The translations under genes and the position numbers were made by a program. This document shows, in pieces, positions 53,101 through 64,000 of a DNA stretch of 64,000 nucleotides. The DNA is taken from NCBI GenBank assembly GCA_002269645.1, contig NIVC01003368.1, positions 1 to 64,000 on the forward strand, read 5' to 3'. The notes beneath the pieces were generated by a model that made no database searches, was not told the DNA's origin, and saw nothing but the letters and a program-made list of their open reading frames with translations. The DNA comes from Macrostomum lignano (Eukaryota). The stretch's first letter is position 1. Each line of letters opens with the position of its first letter.

Positions 53101-54899
53101 CTATCGTAGCCACCGTAAATCATTCGCGATGTCGGTTTGAATAAGTAGCAAAATCCATACCTAAAGAATCAGTGACAGTTTTTTGAAAATTTTCATTTAT
53201 TAAAGATATATGGACATCAAGCTAACTTGAAATACGATGCTGAACTCAGGCGCGTTGCCACCGGGGGGACAGGGGGGACATGTCCCCCACCAGTAAAAGC
53301 TATGGGGGTATGTTAATGCTTTGTCCCCCCACCCCACCTTGTGACCCGTTGTGGTAATCAATAAGTTTTTTCCGGGCGCCAAAATGAGTACTTGCGGCGC
53401 TAAAAAGAGTGCCTGCGGTGCTAAAATGAGTGCATGCGGCGCTAAAATGAGTGCCTGCGGTGCTAAAATGAGTGCATGCGGCGCTAAAATGAGTGCATGC
53501 GGCGCTAAAATGAGTGCCTGCGGCGCTAAAAAGAGTGCCTGTGGTGCTAAAATGAGTGCCTATAGTTCTAAAAAGAGTGCCTGCGGCGCTAAAATGAGTG
53601 CATGCGGCGCTCAACTGAGTGCCTGTGGTGCTAAAATGAGTGCCTGCGACCGCTAAAATGAGTGCCTGCGGCGCTAAAATGAGTGCCTGTGGTGCTAAAA
53701 TGAGTGCCTGTGGTGCTAAAATAAGTGCCTATAGTTCTAAAAAGAGTGCCTGCGGCGCTAAAATGAGTGCATGCGGCGCTAAAATGAGTGCCTGTGGCAC
53801 TAAAATGAGTGCATGCGGCGCTCAACTGAGTGCCTGTGGTGCTAAAATGAGTGCCTGTGGCGCTAAAAAGAGTCCATGCGGCGCTAAAATGAGTGCCTGC
53901 GGCGCTAAAAAGAGTGCATGCGGCGCTAAAATGAGTGCCTGCGGCGCTAAAAAGAGTGCATGCGGCGCTAAAATGAGTGCCTGCGGCGCTAAAAAGAGTG
54001 CATGCGGCGCTAAAATGAGTGCCTGCGGCGCTAAAATGAGTACCTGTGGCGCTAAAATGAGCGCTGACAACACCAATTCTCAAAATAATGGACATGTAGG
54101 AATTTAGTCATGTACATGTACATGTTGAATTCTTGGCATTGCCCCCCCCCCCACCACCATAAAATCCATGGCGGCGCCCCTGGCTGAACTGCTTCGACTT
54201 TGACACAAACAGCAGCTCAAAATCTTAAAAGCAGCTACCGACGTCGATGACAGATATGTACTTTTAAGTGTACTTCGACGTTCAGCCGACGTCGGACTGC
54301 ATTAGTGTTAAACAATGTACAGGCTAAAAATCAACGTACCTATCAGACAGGATTTTGGTAAAGTTAACCGCGCTGCAGTTACCGTGATTGAAGCTGCACG
54401 AAAGCAGAAATGACTCCAATGGTGCTGTGACATTGTCCAGCTCGGGCAGCTTGCCTTCTGCGTAAGTGTCTAACAGCATCTTGTCCACATCTGCCTCGCG
54501 TTCCGCCTCTTGGCCTGGTGCATAAAACACGGCAGAATCGTTAAATAGTCGATCGTGCAGTTTCCGAACAATTTCCGCAGCACCCGACTGTGACAGGAGG
54601 TAGTCGGACCAGTAATGTGTGGGGCACAGCACCACCTTGGGATAGGGCATCGGCTGCAGGCGGTGATGCGTCAGAACGCGCTTGTCGTAGGCAAAAAACT
54701 GCGAAGCCAACAGGTAGATGTGGAATCCGAGACCAGCCAGGGCGCCTAAAAGGCAAAACAGCCACAAAAAGGAAGCAGCAGAGCTTCCACTACCGCTAGG
54801 CTGCAGCAGCTTCTTATAGCCGTGTCCGCTGGTGTTGGCAGCGAACTCCGCTGCTCGCAGTCGAACTTTTGCAGTCTTAGAGACCGTCCCACTAGCCAT
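50144..54899 (-). CDS. DEG/ENaC family amiloride-sensitive channel subunit (FaNaC-like TM2), 4 exons
   Basis: Phase-compatible exons 54340-54899 (NTSGHG, TM1, YPKVVLC, SCSFNHGNCS), 52869-53160 (YGFCYLF), 50853-51453 (Cys-rich, YPTESFLSEGGGTLG), 50144-50442 (LWMGASVLTVMEVIEL). Confidence 0.9.
52130..52510. repeat. 20-bp minisatellite in channel intron 2
   Basis: GGCACCCCTGTCTTTTGGTA and variants. Confidence 0.88.
53247..54182. mobile_element. Second hAT-like element carrying the same 21-bp minisatellite, channel intron 1
   Basis: Imperfect TIR CAGGCGCGTTGCCA / CAGGGGCGCCGCCA; 8-bp TSD GCTGAACT; about 33 x AAAATGAGTGCCTGCGGCGCT. Confidence 0.87.
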
Positions 54900-56919
54900 T
54901 TTTATATTGCGAGGAAGCAAATAATTGCCTTGTACTGTATCTATTCTCGACAATCTGACTTGTCTCGTTTTTACGGTAAATTACCAGAGCGATTGCATTG
55001 ATTCTTTATTGACTGACATATTCAAGTTCTTAGTCTGTTAAAAGGATTTGAGACAAAGGAAGGAGGCAAAGTATTTGCCTATCCCGCAAGAGAGAAATAT
55101 AGAGAGGGAATGAGGCTGAGAGTTGGCTAGCCGATGATGTGACTGGTTGAGAAGCTGTGAGGGAGAAAAAATACGTAGCCCCTTATGCCCTTGTCGAGCC
55201 AGTTGGAACCAATCTGGACCTGCTTGCTTCAGCTCAGATCCCGCTTCCGATAGGCTCTCCAAACACTCTCGACAGAAAAAACTACCAGCCACAGTAGCTC
55301 CCAACTATTGAATTAGTCACCATGGCCACAGTTGTAAACAATGGGAATTATTACTATAGTACTCTGAAAAATTGGGGCTTTCGTAGATCCAATGCATTTT
55401 TCCTCAGCCACTCACACTCCTCTGTAACAGCTAATCACAATAAGAGTGCAATCAAAGTTGTACTTATTGTAATTATATACGTTTCCGAGTGTATTTAATC
55501 TGTGCCCTATAACCTTCTAGTTTTAATCTAAATAAGGTTAACACGTGTGTATGCTAGATGTCGCTATGGATTGGCAACATCCAATGAGAATTATCAACTG
55601 GTATTTTAACATCTAAATATATTATCAATGCTTTTGTTCTAGGTCCTGCTTTCAGCTCAAACTCGTTTGAAGTTCTTCTTTCGAGTGCTACCTTGCCACA
55701 GTTTATACAGTTGCTAGTACGAGTAGTTGTACCAATAGACAAAAAACAAATACTTGTAACTGCTGCAAAAAGAGACATTTTTTCTTACAAAAATTTAAGC
55801 TTTCTAGCAAAATTTATGAAGTCTTTTGTTATGTATATTATGTTACAGGAATATTAATAAATCAAAAAAGCAACTGCAGTCTGTTCTCTTCTGTCCTTAC
55901 CAAACAGATTCAGTGGATAATCTTTGTGAGTTGAAGCGATTAGACAAAATAGTAAAACAATCAATCAAAATAAAACACAGGCAAAGCGGCATGGCATGTC
56001 TTTACAGTAAATCAATGTGGATGGATTGTGTAAACCGATCACGACAGGTACTGCCCTCATTTGGTGTATAAATAATGCTATAAATATGACGGAACAATGG
56101 ACAGAACAGGGCTTGAACTATTTTTATTTATATTCTGCTTTTTAAAGCTTTAACTTGAAAAATCAAAAGTAGAAAAATTTTAGAATTCATAACAACACCG
56201 ATTTATAGGCGAGCGGTATAGCTAGCCGAAACTGAACTCAGCTGCGGCGATGCAGTGAGAAAAATCAAAGAACACCCAGCTATTAAGCAATTAAAGCACA
56301 TAGGGTATGTAAGTGTGAAAGTGACAAAATCATACAAATACTGAGCGACATAAAGGTGGCTATACTGTAGTCTTTTATTAAACTGTTGCAGACCCACTGC
56401 AACACTGATTGATATTTAGAAAAAATAATTCAACAAGCAGTCAATGAAAATGCAATGGATTTTTATTAACTGAAATTTACAAACTTCTATTTGAAGACAT
56501 TAAATTCGCATCGAAATGCGCGGGATTTTTGAAACTTAGCCCTAATAAAATTTGTTAATTTCTTGCCGCATTAAAATCGATAAAAATTGACCAATAAAAA
56601 TCTATTTTACAAATTCACAAGCAAAGTTAGGCTTTCAAATGAATTTTTGAATGAATGAAAGTTAGGCCTCCTAAAATTTTTCTAGAACGAGATTTTCGAT
56701 CCTTCTAGTTGTGGAGTCCTTGGTAAAATTGTCGAGATTGAAATGGTACAGTTAGTCAATGATGTCGATGCTCGGCTTTTGCCTTTTGGGTGCGCAGCGT
56801 CTCTCCATTGACTGGCTTCTAATAATTCACTCCTTTATTTTATCTACACGCATTGTGTACAATTTTAATGCATATAAACACAAAAACGCTAAGGATACTA
56901 CTTACAGTGGAATCCACTA

Positions 56920-58425
56920 CTACTGCTGTCGATAATTAGTCACAGCATTGCCAGCACGATCGACAGCGCCCAGCATCAACTTGGCAGCTTCATCGTTGGC
57001 AATATCCGGCGCTGACGCAATGACCCAGCTGTCAGCCGAGACCAAACTGCGACAGATTGGGCAGGTGGCATCTGACTGGCGACCGGCGATTGGCAGGTTG
57101 CCAATTGTCTCGCGTCTAGGCGGGCCAACGTCAATCCAGTGCTGGATGCAGCTTTGACAATAGGCGTGAGCGCACTGCAGAAGCACGTCAGCCTGCCTGT
57201 CCATGCAAATGCAGCACTCTTCAATGTCTGCGGCTGGAGAAATGCAACGATATTGATAGCCAGACAGAATTAGAAAGTTCTCCAACTTGCACTTGTCATG
57301 ACGACACATCAAATTGGAATTTTGGCATGATGACTTTGGACCCCGGACGCCAAATTGGCACCCGGTTGTTTCCGAGCAGGAGGAAACTTAAATGAATTTC
57401 TACTATATTTTTGTTTATACATGTCCTCCACAACAAACAAATAAATGTGTTTAACGCCTCGCTTTAGCATTAGGTAATTTCACTTTCTACACTGTAAAAT
57501 AACGAAGAAAGCAATCATGTGTCACAACTCCCAGCAGCTTTTTGACTCTATGAAACGGCCAGACGCGATCCCCACAGTAATTTTAGAACTCGTCCGCCAA
57601 ATTAGTCCAAGGCCGGACATGCAATGAGGACCAACCTCCTAGGTCATGGGTTGGCAAACTAGAAGAGACGAGAGGAGAGGAGAGAGGAAGAGCGCTGAGA
57701 AGAGATAAAAAGTATAAAAATTGAGCGGGCCAAATTGTTATTGTGAAGTTTCAAAGGATCCGAGGGCAGGATAAAGAGGCTAAGCAACCCCTGTCCGAGA
57801 CGCAGTTCCTCACTTGCTGTGATTATGTGCTGTCTGCTGCCTTGATTTGCAGGAGAGGCAAAACCCAAAAGCAACCCTTGCGAATTATGAACTTATTAAC
57901 TTTCCGACATGAGTCGCGAAAGGCGGAATTAAAATTTCCATCTCACCTTTAGCACTTGGTTTCAAAGCTGCGGCGTCAGCAGAAGCAGCAGCAGAAGAAG
58001 CAGCAGACTCAATGGCATCATCTGGTAACAGTCCAAGCACAACAGATGCAGTAAACTGGGATTCAGACTCAGGGCCAGTCCTGACGCCTGCACAGGCTGC
58101 ACTGCCGCCAACAACAGATAACTGACTTAACGATCGCAGGTCTTTACGAAGCGACATCAGTTGACGAAGGCTCAGTAGCCTCATCGACAAGGTTCGACCA
58201 GTAGATGCTTCAACTTTTCGACACTCAATCCGGACGAGCGCCTTCCACAGCAGACTCAGATGATGTGGCGGCATCTGCTGGACAGTGAATTTTAACCGAG
58301 TTGGTTGCGATGCCAATTCGCGCTCACAGAGATTATTCAACTGAGCTACCTGAGCAGCCAGGCGTTCCTGTGTCAGACTGCCCATCTCAAATAGTGTGTT
58401 GAATTCATTTTGCAGTCGATGCATA
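56920..58425 (-). CDS. RNF141: RING finger protein 141-like E3 ligase (two confident exons)
   Basis: Exons 57947-58425 (GSLT...LWKALVRIECRK...LSLRQ) and 56920-57233 (EECCICMDRQADVLLQCAHAYCQSCI...CPICR...SWVI); phase-compatible GT-AG intron. Confidence 0.88.
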
Positions 58426-60207
58426 CTTTTACAAAAAAACTTGCTTTAAGCAGCAGTTGCTGGTGCAAGAATGAAATAGAACAGAAAAGGTGTTTGTAAT
58501 GAATCAAAAGCAAAAGGTACTTCACACTTCAACATATTGGCTTTTTGCTAAAATTAAAAAAAAAGTTTTGTATGTTAAGTCAATAATTAAAAGATAATTA
58601 TATTTTACTTTTTATTTAAAATATGTTCTATTTTATGTTTAAGCATCCAACTAGGCACTTAAATAAATCTATTATATTCTTTTACTTTAAAAATTATTTT
58701 TTTTTATTTCTATTTTTTATTTATTTATTAGCTTTAGCTAATAAATTTAGAATTTAGCTTTTTAAGAGAAGAGTTTAAAAGTAGATTTCATAGAATTGTA
58801 TATTTAAAGGGCTAGACAAAAATGCATATTCTAATATTATAAGTGAAAGTTATTCACTATAATTGCTTAATAAAGGTACTATTATTGCTTTTAAGGTCTT
58901 TCTAAGAAAGCAAACAAAATGTACACTTAAATTTTAATAGCTATTGTTGAATATTTATATCTAGATTAAGCTATGCAAAAGGTGTAAGACCAAGATGGCC
59001 ACACACCAAGATGGCCACAGCTGGGATGGGGGTCACGGAAAATGACAACTAGTTTTCTATTGGATATCTTTGGGTGGAGAGATGTGGGGTTGCAATGGGG
59101 GGGTTTAGAAAGGCAGTCAAAATTTTATTAGTATATTGCAGGGTTAGAGACAAAATGGTTACAAGTCTTAATTTCCTACTTATAGTAGGCCCCTAAGAGT
59201 TGTAAACATATTTAGTATTAAACAAATCTCTTCTTCATATAAAATCAAGTGTGGCTTTTTCAGTGTCTTGTATTGGTCGAGACTAATTTACTTGTTTAAA
59301 GGGATAAAAACTGGGTAAATTTCATGCCCTGTTAAAAATTCAGCTGTTTCATTCACTGACAGCAGTCTAAGCACTTGATACAAAATGGCAGGCGCATATC
59401 CATGTGTGGTCTGTCTGCAGCCAGTTTGCAATGGACAAAAACAAGAAATCAAACTGAAATGTGCTAATTTTAACAGTCCCAGACTTCTATTGTTCCTACA
59501 AAATTTTAAACAGCGGGGCAGGACCTCCTGCAAAGCAGACCCATAGAATTTTTGAACATAATGGAAAGTGTACGTAAATAAGCAAAAAGCGGTATCTAAC
59601 AGGGCAACACAAGCAAACTTTCAATATGCTAATCGGGAGGGGATTAAGCAATCACAGGCTGACTACCATTCTGCCACTCAGCGAGGGTCGAATGGGAGAC
59701 TAACTCCTAATAAATAAACTTTCTTAGACCTATCTATAATGGCATGAGTGCTAGCTAGAAAGGTGCTAACCAGAAGTGACACTGCCATCAAATTGCCAAC
59801 AATTTCTATCTTGGGAGCTAAGGGTACAAGCTGGAGCAAGATGGCACCGTTGCTATCCACACCCTAAAGATCAATGTAGATGTAAGAATAAAGAATGTAC
59901 AGTGGCCAGTGGGCAGTAAGGGTTTCCACATTGCTTGTACTCCCTTCCTCATGAGCCTTATTCCTTTCTTCTTTCTTTGCCCCTGTCACTGCTTGGTTGT
60001 ATAGGTGCTGTCAACCTCAATCGGGTATGTGGACATACAATAGTTCACATTGTTCTCAACCCCATTCCACTACAGTTTTTATCTAATGTGACTAAGCCAG
60101 GTGCTTTTAGTGCAGGGTTTGGCAAACTTTTTACTTTGATTGAGAACCTAGCTCATGACTTCCCTTCTAGATCCACTTTGTTGGCCCCTAAGCGAAGCAC
60201 ACCACTG

Positions 60208-61010
60208 CCCATGTTCAACCCGCTGACAAAACAGCAGTCAATGCAATGGGGCCCCAAGGGACGTCATCCACACATGAAGGCAATGAAATCGGCATGGACA
60301 CAGAACATCATGTGCACTGTGGTTCGATGCAGGAGGTGTGCTGCTTGTTGACTATCTGCCGCAGGGTCAGATGATCAATGCCAACTACATCATGAACTAG
60401 CTTAATCTTCTGCGCACTGCCGTTCTGTCCAAGCATCGCATCATGCATCAGAGGCTTTTTATTCTCTGGGACAATGCGCATCTGCATGCTTCCGCTCGCA
60501 CTTGTGCCAAGGTGGAAGAGCTTGGCTTCCGTCGGCTGAACCACCTGGCTTACAGTCCCGACCTTGCCATTGCTGATTTCCACCTGTTTGGTCTGATGAA
60601 GATGCCAATGCGTGGCAAGGTCTTCACGACTCGGCAGGAAGTCATCAATGCCACCAATGCATCATTGCAACAGTTCGATGCCAAGTTCTGGGAGATAGGC
60701 TTTGAAAAGCTGATCAAACGATACCGGAAGTGCATTGCCTTGGATAGAGAATATGTGGAACGCGCAAGTCCCAAGCCGGTTGATTCCTCAGAAGAGAACA
60801 GCGAGAGTGAGAGCGATTGATGGTGCAGAAGCAATTGATTTTGCTCGAGACACTGATGCTACAGTTGTTTGTTTTGTTTGTTTTGCTGATTCTGTAGTTG
60901 CTGTTCAGTTTGTTCAGTTAGAGGTTTATCCATAAAATAAAAAAATTAGGGATCCTAGTTTATTAATATCCCGTGGCAAACTCCGGAAACTTTTGCTAGT
61001 CACCTCTGCA
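60208..61010 (+). pseudogene. 5'-truncated decayed mariner transposase with 3' end
   Basis: PLTKQQSMQW, WDNA, HLAYSPDLAIADFHLF motifs; CCGGAAACTTTTG...CACCTC mariner-like end. Confidence 0.88.
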
Positions 61011-61482
61011 TGAGGAGGATTTTTTCATCTTTTCATTTTCGTCGCTAGTTTGGTGAGAAATTGTAAATGCTAGTTGAGAAAATAAAACTCATTATGGCTC
61101 TAGCGCCCACTGTGGTTCATGGACATGCTTGAAATTTTAACACAACATTCATCCTGGGCTAATGTTTCAATGAGTCAAATGTCACTCAGCTCCGATAAAA
61201 AGTGCCATGTTAGGAACACCAGTCTGGAAACTTTTGCAGCACCCTGAGTACGAGCATAGGATAAAAGAAAGGCAAAGGAATAAAGGAGAAGAGAGTTGAG
61301 AGGAGAGATTAAATACGAGCGGAGAGAGAGGAGAAGGGAGATTAATGGAAAGGAGAAAGGAGGGAAGGGAGAAGAGAATGAAGAGGAAAAGGGAGATGAG
61401 AGGAAAGAGGTGAGGAGAGATGAGAGGATAGAGGTGAGGAGAGAAAAGAGGAGAGAGGTGAGGAGAGGATAGAAGAGAGGGC

Positions 61483-61760
61483 CCTATTGCAGCGCATGGC
61501 TTAAGTACGCCAGACGCCTACACAACCTGCGCCACGCTGTGAAATGACTTACCTGTGAAAGAAACCCTAAAGCAAAATTAACGCAGTTTTGGGTAAACGG
61601 CAGGAGTAACTATGACTGTCTTATCAAGCTTAAAAGCCTCGGCATCTAATTAGTTCCGCGCCGCGCCGTACTAATCGCTGCGCACCGTATGCGCCGCGCC
61701 GCGCCGTATTAGATCCGCGCCGGACGCCGTCCGCCAAAATGCCCATGCGCTGCAATCAGG
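61483..61760. mobile_element. 278-bp MULE-like MITE carrying a 28S rRNA fragment
   Basis: TIR CCT(G)ATTGCAGCGCATGG; 9-bp TSD AGAGAGGGC; inserted in a GA-rich tract. Confidence 0.85.
61591..61654 (+). pseudogene. 64-nt 28S rRNA-derived fragment (helix 69-71 region)
   Basis: GGGTAAACGGCAGGAGTAACTATGACTGTCTTATCAAGCTTAAAAGCCTCGGCATCTAATTAGT; 52/64 ungapped identity to recalled 28S consensus. Confidence 0.82.
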
Positions 61761-63184
61761 AGAGAGGGCAGAGATGAAAGAGAGAAAAGATAAGGGACGA
61801 GACGAGAGGGCAGAGACAAGAAAGAGAACAGATTAGAGACGAGAGTGCAGAGATGAGAGAAAAGATAAGAGACAAGAGGGCACTCCAATTTTTGCTTACT
61901 TTATCATAACTAATACCTTTACCCTCTACCTTTAACTTTTAACATATACAAACAACACCTCAGTTTTGGTATATTGAGATAGGTTTGAAACTATTATCCA
62001 TGATACAAAAATCACATTTCTTGTGCTAGTAGTGCTACTAGCTTTAGTTGGTAGTAATACCTGCTATAAAGGGAAGTGTTTTTTGTTTTACTAAAATCTG
62101 TCTTTTCTAAGACTTGAAGCTAGGTCATACCCCACCCCAATCACAGCCAATAGGAAATAAGGAAATATATAGACCTATTCCTATCCAAGCAGCCATTTAG
62201 AGCTGTGGCCATCTTAGTATGTGGCCATCTTGGTCATGCACTAGGCCTATGCAAAATGCCCATTGAATGAAGCAAAAACTAAAAGCTGACAGAAATATGA
62301 TATTTAATGTATAACAGTTATAAAAACAAGAATTCTTTCTTATTATATTAAAATAAAATATAATCTAAGACTAGACCTAAGACTAAGAGTTACACTTTTT
62401 CATTGTATTTAAATCTGTTAATTGATATAAAATTTTCCTTGTTTGGCAAATTGTAAGATTTAAATTTGCAGTTATTTTATATAAAGACTACAAAATAAAA
62501 AGCAAAATTCCATCAGGAAAGTCAAATTTAGCCTGCTAAGTAAAGCAAGCGGCGAATAAATACAGTAATGTCAAGTGTGAAAGTGTCAATGTTTATTGTC
62601 AACAATATTTTTTTATCTATCTGCATCTTGATGAAATTTTTGACTTTCACATCTAATTTCAAATTGAGGGTAGGATTTTCAAAATTTGGACATTATATTG
62701 TGTAAAATCTAATATTCATTTAAGTTACAAAAACATAGTCATAACTTTAATACTTCATAAGAAAGTGTACAGTACAGACTAAAACGCACAAATTACACAG
62801 AAACAGGTTTAACGTTAGAAAAAATCTTTTAGACTACTATGACAATGGTAAAATAACGTACTGTAGTATTAATGGAAGGAATACTTTTAATAAATATTGT
62901 TGTCTTGCTGTGTAGCTCGTACGTCTTACTGGCGTACTCGTATGCTCAAGCTTAAGGAAAAATTAACCAAGTGTTCTTATAAAATAACACAGTTAAAAGC
63001 CTAAGCATACAGAAAGTGACAGAATATAGTTTTATTTGTTAACCCTTTCAAAGCGTTCTAAATTTTTTAGAAGATGTCTTGTTGTAGAACTATTTAAAAT
63101 TTTATAGCAGTAATATCAAGCATTAAATAATTTGTTTTTCTAGTTTTTTAGTGAGATCTTGCAGTTTTTCCGGGTTGACTTTAC

Positions 63185-63207
63185 CTATATTGATCGCTGT
63201 AGCTCAT
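63185..63207 (-). CDS. Candidate first coding exon of RNF141-like gene (MSYSDQY-S)
   Basis: ATG...TATAG|GTAAAG donor, phase 2 matches the acceptor at 58425; SDQ resembles RNF141 N-terminus. Confidence 0.4.
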
Positions 63208-64000
63208 GTCCGTTGACCGCGACTGAAAGGCAAGAATTACTTGGAAGTTCAACCTACAGACACTAGTACAAACTATGACATGTGAGACACAGCAATCCTC
63301 AGTCAGCATTTTTTGTATGTATTTTATGGCTCTAAGTCAATTAAATTAGGCATACACCATAACAACTGCTCTGCTGCTTAGGCCTAGTTCCTAGGCCTAA
63401 ATCCTTGCCTAGGCTAGGTAGGCCTATTCTTTGCTTTGACTTCTAGCCATCTTTGTTGCTAAACTTCGGCTTAAGCCTTAGTAGGAACTCAAGAGCTTAC
63501 CATATAAGCTCTTTGCATTTAAAAATTAAACCATTCAATTATATCTTGGCTTTACCCTTTAGACTTTAGCTAGGCTACAGCTCTGAGCTACCTAGGCTAG
63601 GCTAGGCCTAGGCCTAAGGCCTACTCTAACCTAACTCTAACCACAAAATGTGCACATGCAGCACATGGCATTATTTATTGCTTATTGCAACATTAGTGCA
63701 CATTAGGCCTATTGCTTTATTAAAAATCCAAGCAAGTAGGCCTAGGGCCTACTAAAAAACTCAGGATAAAGAACTTGAACTTAGTTAGGCCTAGTAGGAA
63801 TTTTTCAAGGCCTATCTGAAAGCATTCTCTAGGCTTAGTAAAAAGTGTATACTAGATAGCAACTAGGCCTAGATAGCAATTTTATGTGAATTTAACATTT
63901 AAAGTTTAGTAGGCCTACCTGTAAATAGGAAAGTAGGCCTATGAGTTAGGCCTAGGCCTAGGCCAAAATTAAATTTTGATTCAATTTGATTCAATTTAAA

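Larger units (their letters stand above)
58981..62246. mobile_element. ~3.3-kb MULE-like container element with nested insertions
   Basis: Inverted subterminal GACCAAGATGGCCACA..CAAGATGGCCACAGCT at both ends; CTATGCAAAA on both flanks (10-bp TSD); termini offset by about 4 nt. Confidence 0.6.

Noticed and set aside
61591-61654. Functional rRNA gene
   Set aside because: Only 64 nt, diverged, helix 69 pairing disrupted, and embedded in a TIR element

Overview
Eukaryotic (metazoan, invertebrate-like) genomic DNA; the style resembles free-living flatworm assemblies such as Macrostomum, but that is inference only. Six intron-containing or co-oriented protein genes were reconstructed, all on the minus strand: a MARK/PAR-1 kinase, RPL13A, INTS13/Asunder, TRAM1-like, a DEG/ENaC channel with a FaNaC-like TM2, and RNF141-like. 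The three left-hand genes carry 1-nt indels that look like assembly errors. Most larger introns hold their own distinct 20-45 bp minisatellite, and there are many small non-autonomous DNA transposons with recognisable TIRs and TSDs, CORE-like tRNA SINEs and two decayed mariner transposases. The most unusual observations: (1) two unrelated MITE-like elements carry the same 64-nt 28S rRNA-derived module (helix 69-71 region, the R2/I-PpoI target area); (2) one TIR family sits inside two different intronic minisatellites, and one palindromic member was co-amplified into a higher-order repeat; (3) two hAT-like elements with different TIRs carry the same 21-bp minisatellite.
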